Part shown: positions 57,843 through 64,000 of the stretch, in pieces
How the letters are laid out: each line of letters starts with the position of its first letter
How positions within the stretch are numbered: the stretch's first letter is position 1
Source: Candidatus Curtissbacteria bacterium
GTDB lineage: Bacteria; Patescibacteriota; Microgenomatia; Curtissbacterales; GWA2-41-24
Direction of reading: 5' to 3'
Assembly (NCBI GenBank): GCA_024654445.1
Contig: JANLHP010000013.1
Span: 26,528 to 90,527 of the forward strand
Length of the DNA stretch: 64,000 nucleotides
Notes under the pieces: generated by a model
What the model saw: only the letters and a program-made list of their open reading frames with translations
What the model was told of the DNA's origin: nothing
The model's database searches: none
Made by a program: the position numbers and the translations under genes

Positions 57843-58742
57843 TTACTCAAGCCGCTTGTGGAGCGGGTGGTTGCGGCGTTTATGCTCTGCAAGTATTACG
57901 GCAATTGTAATCAGAAGACCCCCGACGATTAACTCACGCGTTAATTTTTCCCCGAGCAGGATTATTGCAAGGATTGCTCCTGTTATTGGGTCGATGTAAA
58001 AGAAAAATGATGCTTCTCCTGCCGGGAGTCTTTTGAGTCCTTCCATCCAGGCCCAATATGCGGCCAAAGACGCCAAGACGATTCCATATACAAGGCCAGC
58101 GAGCCCTATGGAATTAACGCTTGCGATCCAATTAGGAATTGTTACAAATTCCCAAACTACAAAGGGTACAAAAGTTAAAGCTCCAATCAAAAGGGTATAA
58201 AAAGTGACTGTTGTCCCGTCGTAAATTTTTAGAAGTTTTTTGGCTACGATGCTGTGAACAACGCCAGTTATCGATGCAAGCATCAGCAGAATATTTCCGA
58301 GCAAATGCCCAGATGAAGACCCTGCTTGAGGTTTACCAATTATGACAACTACACCTGCAAGTGCAGTAAGACTTGCGAGAATTAGTTTTGCTGTTAATTT
58401 TTCTTTGAGAAAAATGCTTGACGCGAAGAGCGTAAGAATAGGAGTTGCTGCGATTAGGAGTGCGGCATTAATCGCATAAGTAAGTTTTAGGCCGATAAAG
58501 AAAAATGCCAAATTTAATGTAACGCCAAAAAGAGCGGCAAGTATAAACATGCTCAGGTCCTGCTTTTTAAAATGAAGTGATTTTAACGCGAAAGGGAGCA
58601 TCAGAAGAGACGCTAGAAACATTCTTAAAAATGCTAGGGAGAAAACTGGTATTTGGGTAAGGGTCAACTTCATAATCGCAGGCGCTCCGCCCCAAATAAA
58701 AACGGCAATAAGAATGAGTACGTAAGGGGATTTTAATTTCAC
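57843..58742 (-). CDS. EamA/DMT-family transporter
   Basis: 10 TM segments in two EamA repeats. GTG start in a GTGA overlap with the upstream stop. Confidence 0.75.
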   Translation of the reverse strand: MKLKSPYVLILIAVFIWGGAPAIMKLTLTQIPVFSLAFLRMFLASLLMLPFALKSLHFKKQDLSMFILAALFGVTLNLAFFFIGLKLTYAINAALLIAATPILTLFASSIFLKEKLTAKLILASLTALAGVVVIIGKPQAGSSSGHLLGNILLMLASITGVVHSIVAKKLLKIYDGTTVTFYTLLIGALTFVPFVVWEFVTIPNWIASVNSIGLAGLVYGIVLASLAAYWAWMEGLKRLPAGEASFFFYIDPITGAILAIILLGEKLTRELIVGGLLITIAVILAEHKRRNHPLHKRLE

Positions 58743-59653
58743 TCTATACTTTCAACAAGTCGGTCTACTCCAAACGAAAAGCCGACTGCCGGAATATCTT
58801 TTTTGGCAAACATGCCAACCAAATTGTCGTATCTGCCACCAGAGCCGATGGAGAGACTTTCGATATTTTTATTTGGCTTTAACTCAAAAATAGTACCGGT
58901 GTAATAGTCCAATCCGCGGGCGAGCGAGTTATCGAAAATGTAATCATCTTCGGCTAGTTGATGTTCGACCTTGAGGGCAGAAAAAATATTTTCAAGTTCT
59001 TCCGTAGGTTTTGAATTTAGTATTTTGTTTAGGTGCTCGTCTATGTCAGTTTGCGAATAACCTTTGTCTTTTAGTTCCGCCTCGACGCCTGCGCGTTCTA
59101 TTTTGTGAATTTTATCAAGAGCTACGACAACGTCGTTGGGTACACCTTCAAAATTTTTTCTGTCGTTAATTATCATAACCGCGGTTTTTAAGCCTACTGC
59201 CTTTGTGGCTTTGATTGCTGCTGCAATTATCTTCGCGTCTTCTTTTACATCCGCTTGTCCTACAGTATCAAAATCAAATTGAGTGAACTCGCGGTATCTG
59301 CCGTGCTGTGGATTTTCTCCACGAAACACTTGACCGATTTGGTAACGCGAAAAGGTTGGTTTAAGTAGCTGCTGGTTGTTGGCAACATATCGAGCTAAGG
59401 GAACTGTGAGGTCGTAACGAAGGGCAAGGTCACGGCCGCCGCGGTCGGTAAATTTGTAAATAAGTTTTTCTTCCTCGCCGTATTTGCCAGTTAAGGTTTC
59501 TGCGAATTCAACTGTCGGAGTTTCTATTGGTACGAATCCAAACTCTTCAAGAACGTCCGCTATTTTATTTATTGTCGTACGTCTCTTTTTAGCAACGTCG
59601 GGGTCTAGGTCTCGAAAACCTTTGGGTGTAGGTGGAGCTTTTTGCATATTCAA
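58739..59653 (-). CDS. hisS: histidyl-tRNA synthetase catalytic domain only (no anticodon-binding domain; HisZ-like architecture)
   Basis: Class II motifs KGFRDL, FRGENPQHGRYREFTQ, GGRYDNL...GFSFGVDRL. The ORF stops about 10 aa after motif 3. Confidence 0.75.
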   Translation of the reverse strand: MNMQKAPPTPKGFRDLDPDVAKKRRTTINKIADVLEEFGFVPIETPTVEFAETLTGKYGEEEKLIYKFTDRGGRDLALRYDLTVPLARYVANNQQLLKPTFSRYQIGQVFRGENPQHGRYREFTQFDFDTVGQADVKEDAKIIAAAIKATKAVGLKTAVMIINDRKNFEGVPNDVVVALDKIHKIERAGVEAELKDKGYSQTDIDEHLNKILNSKPTEELENIFSALKVEHQLAEDDYIFDNSLARGLDYYTGTIFELKPNKNIESLSIGSGGRYDNLVGMFAKKDIPAVGFSFGVDRLVESIE

Positions 59654-59676
59654 CTTTATGATACCAGAAATTGAGC

Positions 59677-60597
59677 CTAAAGTATGTGTATGAGGGCTAC
59701 ATTGTTCTTGTCAGATGAAGTTGTGAAGAAAATAATTGCTGTTTTGTCTTTTGCAATATCCGCACTTTTGGCAGTTTGGCCACCGAGGGTGATTTTTGAA
59801 TCTTTAGTTAGCGTGAATTCTATTAATTTTCCGTCTTGATTATTTTTTAGCGAAAAAAGATTTTGGCGAACAGGAGTGAGGATAACTCCAGTTGCATATG
59901 CTTTGGTCACTTGCGGTTTATTATCCCGAATTACTTCGAATTTTTTTGCAACGATCGAATCACTTTCTGTTTCTTCGCCTACTGCAACAGCATAATCACC
60001 AACTCTTATATTTTTGACTGGTTCCTTGGATTCTTCCTCTTCGTCTTCAGCTTGTGGCATGGTAAATTCTGTTGAAGTGGAAGTTCTTACATTTTGGTCA
60101 CCTGCTTGAGTAGTTATGGTTACAAGGGAATCAAAAATAGTTTTAACGGGGCCCGCAAAAACTGAATCACCTTTAGAATCCTTTAGTACAAAAAAGGTGA
60201 GTGATGCTTTTTGACTGTTTTGATCGTCAACCTTTAGGCTGCTTGCCAAAGATAGGATATTTACGAGGTTTAAGCCGTCTTGAAGTTTTGCTTCTTTTTC
60301 AAAGTTGCCATCTTTGTCGGCAACTACCACTTCTTGAAAGTAGTTGGAGTAGATGAGCACGTAGTTGTTGGGGTTAGTTTTTCCTTTAAATGTAGCAGTT
60401 GGTGAGCTTAAGACCGTCTGATCGGAGGGAGTGACATCGAACCCTTCTTTTTTGTTTTCTATTCCTAAATTTGTTTTTACTTCGCTCTTTATTTGTTCTC
60501 GATTGGCCTTTGGTTGTCTTTGCCAGAGCCAAAAAATTCCGCCAGCAATTACTGCTAATATAATAAGGAAGGTGCTGAGTTTTGCGGTTTTTTGCAT
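59677..60597 (-). CDS. membrane-anchored extracytoplasmic protein (start set at ATG 60597; ORF track extends to 60738)
   Basis: From Met48 the N-terminus is MQKTAKLSTFLIILAVIAGGIFWLW (TM). The upstream extension would overlap the divergent gene. Confidence 0.5.
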   Translation of the reverse strand: MQKTAKLSTFLIILAVIAGGIFWLWQRQPKANREQIKSEVKTNLGIENKKEGFDVTPSDQTVLSSPTATFKGKTNPNNYVLIYSNYFQEVVVADKDGNFEKEAKLQDGLNLVNILSLASSLKVDDQNSQKASLTFFVLKDSKGDSVFAGPVKTIFDSLVTITTQAGDQNVRTSTSTEFTMPQAEDEEEESKEPVKNIRVGDYAVAVGEETESDSIVAKKFEVIRDNKPQVTKAYATGVILTPVRQNLFSLKNNQDGKLIEFTLTKDSKITLGGQTAKSADIAKDKTAIIFFTTSSDKNNVALIHIL

Positions 60598-60707
60598 AAG
60601 GTAAGTGGCGACAAGGAGAGACCGTGTTAGATTATCATAGATCCTAAAATATGGCAATTGGCGGTCATTGAAGTGGAATTTCTTGTGTGCTATGATTTTT
60701 ATCCAAC

Positions 60708-61367
60708 ATGGTAGACGTTTGGTTTCATGGACAGGCATGTGTAAGACTTAAGGGCAAAAATGCCACTGTCGTTTTTGACCCTTATGACAGCGAATTTACT
60801 GGACTTCCACCACTTAAGCTTGCAAGCGACATTGTTTGCATAACTCACGATCACAAAGACCACAATAATGTAGACGCAGTCGTCCCGGCAACAGACGAGC
60901 TGAAGCCTTTTGTTATTTACGGCCCCGGCGAATATGAAATACGTAGTGTAAATATCGTTGGGGTGCCAAGTTACCACGACGATAAGCAGGGTGCGGAGCG
61001 AGGTAAAAACACAATTTATCACGCAACATTGGACGAAGTTAATTTTGTACACCTTGGTGATTTAGGGCAAAAGAAATTAACACAAGAACAAGTAGAAGAA
61101 CTTTCGACTTGTGATGTTTTGTTTATTCCCGTTGGGGGCGTTTATACAATTTCCGCAAAAGATGCTCCGGATATCATTGCGCAAATCGAACCTAAGGTAG
61201 TAATCCCGATTCATTACAAGTTGCCAGGTCTAAAGTTTGACCTTGAGCCTCTCGACGCTTTTCTTCAAGCAATGGGCAAAGAGAAACAGGAACCAGCACA
61301 GAAATTTTCTATTAGCCGAGAAAAACTTCCGGAGGAACCAGAAGTCGTTATTCTCGAAAAGCAGTAG
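60708..61367 (+). CDS. MBL-fold metallo-hydrolase (UPF0173-like)
   Basis: Motif CITHDHKDHNN (HxHxDH). Confidence 0.75.
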   Translation: MVDVWFHGQACVRLKGKNATVVFDPYDSEFTGLPPLKLASDIVCITHDHKDHNNVDAVVPATDELKPFVIYGPGEYEIRSVNIVGVPSYHDDKQGAERGKNTIYHATLDEVNFVHLGDLGQKKLTQEQVEELSTCDVLFIPVGGVYTISAKDAPDIIAQIEPKVVIPIHYKLPGLKFDLEPLDAFLQAMGKEKQEPAQKFSISREKLPEEPEVVILEKQ

Positions 61368-61385
61368 AGCTGCCCCAATAAGATT

Positions 61386-62753
61386 TTGCAAATGGCAACG
61401 CAAACGACAGGTCATGTACCACCTAACGATCAGGACGCCGAAAGATCAATCATCGGAGCCATTCTTCTTGATAGCGAATCTTTAACTTCAATAATCCAAA
61501 TACTAAAAGCGGAACATTTTTATAAAGAGGGTCACAGTAATATCTTCAGCGCGATAATAGATCTTTATGAAAAACGTGATCCGATTGATTTGGTAACGCT
61601 TACAGCGCAGCTTAAAAGCCGTGGGAATTTTGATAAAGTTGGAGGCACAGCGTACTTGGCGTCTCTTGCTTCTGGGGTTCCAACTGCCGCAAACATTGCC
61701 CACTACGCCAGAATAGTTCGTGATCACTACGTAAAGCGCCAGTTGATCGCAACCGCTGCAAAGATTTCTCAATCCGCCTTTGACGAAACAGGGGATATCA
61801 GGAAGATTCTGGATGACACGGAGCAAACGGTTTTCGGTTTGTCTCAGTCGCAGATGCAGCAAAATTTCATTCCTTTGAGGGATGCTCTTGCCGAAAGTTT
61901 TGACAGACTCGATGAGCTGCATAAAAAGGCAGGAGGTTTACGTGGAGTGCCGACCGGTTTTTGGGATTTGGATGGCAAACTTGCGGGAATGCAAGATTCT
62001 AACCTTTTGATACTTGCCGCAAGACCCGGTCAGGGTAAAACCTCTTTTGCTCTTAATATTGCAAGGCACGTTGCAGTAAGGGAAGGTTTGCCTGTTGGAA
62101 TATTTTCGCTGGAGATGAGTAAAGAAGAGCTTGTCGACAGGTTGCTCGTTGAACAATCGGATGTCGATGCTTGGAAGCTTAAGACGGGAAAACTGGATGA
62201 TGAGGATTTCGACAGACTGCAGGAGGCGATGGGGATTTTGGCAGACGCGCCGCTTTTTATCGATGATATGCCAGGCGCCAACATTCTGGAAATGAGGACG
62301 AAAGCAAGGAGGCTTCAAGTTGAACACGGACTTTCTTTTTTGATCGTCGATTATTTGCAGCTTGTTCATGGGCGGAATTTGGAAAATAGAGTTCAAGAGG
62401 TTTCCGAAATTACTCAGAGTTTGAAGAATTTGGCAAGAGAGCTTAAGATTCCGGTTCTTGCGTGTTCGCAGCTCTCAAGAGCAGTTGAGCAGAGAGGAAC
62501 GAGAAGACCCCAGCTTTCGGATTTGAGAGAAAGTGGCTCAATTGAACAGGAAGCGGACGTCGTGATGTTCCTGTGGAGGCCGGATCCGGATAAAAATGAA
62601 GAGGTAAAGCTTGATATTCAAAAGCACAGAAATGGTCCGACGGGGGAAATTGATTTGATGTTTAAGGCAGAACGCGTGAAGTTTTATGGTATGGAAAAAA
62701 GAAGAACTAAAGATGCTCCGGCGGAAGAAACTGGTCAAGCGGTTGGAGCTTGA
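61386..62753 (+). CDS. dnaB: replicative DNA helicase
   Basis: N-terminal ERSIIGAILLD, Walker A ARPGQGKTSFALNIA, RecA-like C-terminal domain. Confidence 0.9.
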   Translation: MQMATQTTGHVPPNDQDAERSIIGAILLDSESLTSIIQILKAEHFYKEGHSNIFSAIIDLYEKRDPIDLVTLTAQLKSRGNFDKVGGTAYLASLASGVPTAANIAHYARIVRDHYVKRQLIATAAKISQSAFDETGDIRKILDDTEQTVFGLSQSQMQQNFIPLRDALAESFDRLDELHKKAGGLRGVPTGFWDLDGKLAGMQDSNLLILAARPGQGKTSFALNIARHVAVREGLPVGIFSLEMSKEELVDRLLVEQSDVDAWKLKTGKLDDEDFDRLQEAMGILADAPLFIDDMPGANILEMRTKARRLQVEHGLSFLIVDYLQLVHGRNLENRVQEVSEITQSLKNLARELKIPVLACSQLSRAVEQRGTRRPQLSDLRESGSIEQEADVVMFLWRPDPDKNEEVKLDIQKHRNGPTGEIDLMFKAERVKFYGMEKRRTKDAPAEETGQAVGA

Positions 62754-63072
62754 GGGTCAGACCTCTCTTTGAGTTCGCGGGAGTTTTGATCTTTTTCATC
62801 CCAAATCTTAAGGATGTTTTCAGTAGGAACGTGAAGGTTCCTCATCGCATTGACCCAAAGAAAAGTAGATTCTAATCTCCCAACTAACTGCTGCTGATAC
62901 AAATTGACTCTCGTGCTTTCTTCTTCGATCCTTCGCGAGAATTCACCTTCAACGTCAAATTTTCCTGCTTCTGTCATATTTTGTTATTTTTATTGTTCAA
63001 GATTTTGCTTTGTGCCGTGGGAGAGATAAACCGTTTTTGCTATCGCAAAAAAAGCGAACTCTCAATTTTGTG

Positions 63073-63156
63073 TGCCGAGAGAGGGGGTCGAACCCTCACG
63101 ATCTTGCGATCATAGGTTTTTGAGACCTACGCGTCTGCCGGTTCCGCCATCTCGGC
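63073..63156 (-). tRNA. tRNA-Leu (anticodon CAA), long variable arm
   Basis: Reverse complement reads GCCGAGA-TG-GCGGAACCGGCAGACGC-GTAGGT-CTCAAAA-ACCTAT-(variable arm GATCGCAAGATCGTGA)-GGGTTCGACCCCC-TCTCGGC-A. 7-bp acceptor stem, anticodon-loop positions 34-36 = CAA. A hairpin terminator lies downstream at 63027-63048. Confidence 0.8.
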
Positions 63157-63257
63157 TCAGAGCTAGATATTTAGCCTCGAATATTATATCATTTCCTAAA
63201 GCTCGACTAATTGTCTAACGTCAATAGACTATCGACAACTGGCGATCAACAATTAAT

Positions 63258-64000
63258 ATGACTATTCGTGACATATATGAACTTGCCGTTAAGATGGGAA
63301 TGGACGCCGACCCAAGGGGTAAAGACGGCGTAAAGTCACATCTGGCGAGAATGGAAAAGTTATACCAGGATCTACCGAAAACCAAAAAGGCAGAGTTTGA
63401 CCTCGAAACTTTAAGAAACCCATATTCCGATACAAGAATTTTGTTTGGGAGTCCTTCGGTAAACGTAGACGCCGTAATGGCGGGAATTGATGCTGGCGGA
63501 ACAGAAGTTTTGCTTACCGACCGGCTTAATCAGAAGGGGGAGGGCATTGACCTTTTGATTTCTCACCATCCAAGTGGACACGCACTGGCATCTTTGCACG
63601 AAGTTATGGACTTGCAGGTAGAAACTTTTGCTAATGCGGGTGTACCGGAAAACGTGGCGCAAGCGCTTCTTGCGGATTCAATGGGTTATATAAAAAGACG
63701 TTTTGGACCGCTCAATCATTCCCAGACTGTTGACGCCGCGCGACTTTTAGGTGTGCCCCTTTTGGCTCTTCATACCGTTTGGGACAACATGGGGGACGCT
63801 TTCATGAAGAACTATCTAGCTGATAAAAAACTGACTACAGTCGGTGACGTGATGGAGGTAATTTGTGAAATTCCGGAGTTTAAAGAAGCAATAAAAGGGA
63901 AAGCGGGTCCGAGCATTGTCTCTGGAGGTGAAAAAAGTAGAGTCGGCAAAATACTGATTACTTTAACTGGTGGCACTAACCCCCAAAAAGATCTTTATAT
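63258..64000 (+). CDS. Nif3-family dinuclear-metal-centre protein (3' end outside window)
   Basis: MTIRDIYELAVKMG ... LLISHHPSGH (NIF3 HHP motif). Reading frame open to the window end. Confidence 0.75.
   Translation, partial: MTIRDIYELAVKMGMDADPRGKDGVKSHLARMEKLYQDLPKTKKAEFDLETLRNPYSDTRILFGSPSVNVDAVMAGIDAGGTEVLLTDRLNQKGEGIDLLISHHPSGHALASLHEVMDLQVETFANAGVPENVAQALLADSMGYIKRRFGPLNHSQTVDAARLLGVPLLALHTVWDNMGDAFMKNYLADKKLTTVGDVMEVICEIPEFKEAIKGKAGPSIVSGGEKSRVGKILITLTGGTNPQKDLY

Noticed and set aside
62735-62977. 80-aa minus-strand ORF overlapping the dnaB 3' end by 19 nt.
   Set aside because: No motif, an overlap with a highly conserved gene end, and a terminator-like hairpin plus the tRNA follow. 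Possibly real, but unsupported.
1-64000. CRISPR arrays, IS elements, transposases, integrases and prophage structural genes.
   Set aside because: No regularly spaced 25-40-bp direct repeats and no DDE or tyrosine/serine recombinase motifs were seen in any ORF. The only repeats are the structured palindromic family and short microsatellites.

Overview
64 kb of a gene-dense, low-GC (~40%) bacterial chromosome. It uses the standard code; TGA is used as a stop in ATGA start/stop overlaps. The mix of genes suggests, by inference only, a reduced-genome Patescibacteria/CPR-like organism: short housekeeping proteins, many small membrane or secreted proteins of unknown function, and a type IV pilus locus but no flagellar or biosynthetic genes. 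Housekeeping genes include proS (5' partial), tig, rpsU-yqeY-ybeY, dnaX, hpf, ybaB-recR, cysS, rarA, ychF, rpsF-ssb-rpsR, ctpA, htrA, prfA, rpmE, a HisRS catalytic-domain-only gene, dnaB and a 3'-partial Nif3 gene. There is one tRNA-Leu(CAA). Metabolism is represented by an oxidative pentose-phosphate module (zwf, pgl, gnd). Signalling and surface genes include two histidine kinase/response regulator pairs, a type IV pilus locus (pilB, pilC, four pseudopilins, a major pilin and a 630-aa pilin-like protein), two paralogous membrane-anchored alpha/beta hydrolases, an SPFH protein, and S41 and HtrA proteases. Accessory-type genes are two Fic-domain proteins, an orphan HEPN protein and a holin-like protein. 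The most unusual content is a family of short, highly structured (nested-hairpin) repeat elements scattered through intergenic regions. One composite 147-bp copy sits in frame inside ychF. Two copies with inverted ~87-bp palindromic cores bracket a membrane-protein gene. Three genes appear disrupted: a lipoprotein with an in-frame TAA, a frameshifted CHRD-domain gene and a frameshifted DUF2905-like gene. A ~600-bp GC-rich segment with no clean ORF lies upstream of the HEPN gene. No CRISPR array, transposase or integrase was seen.
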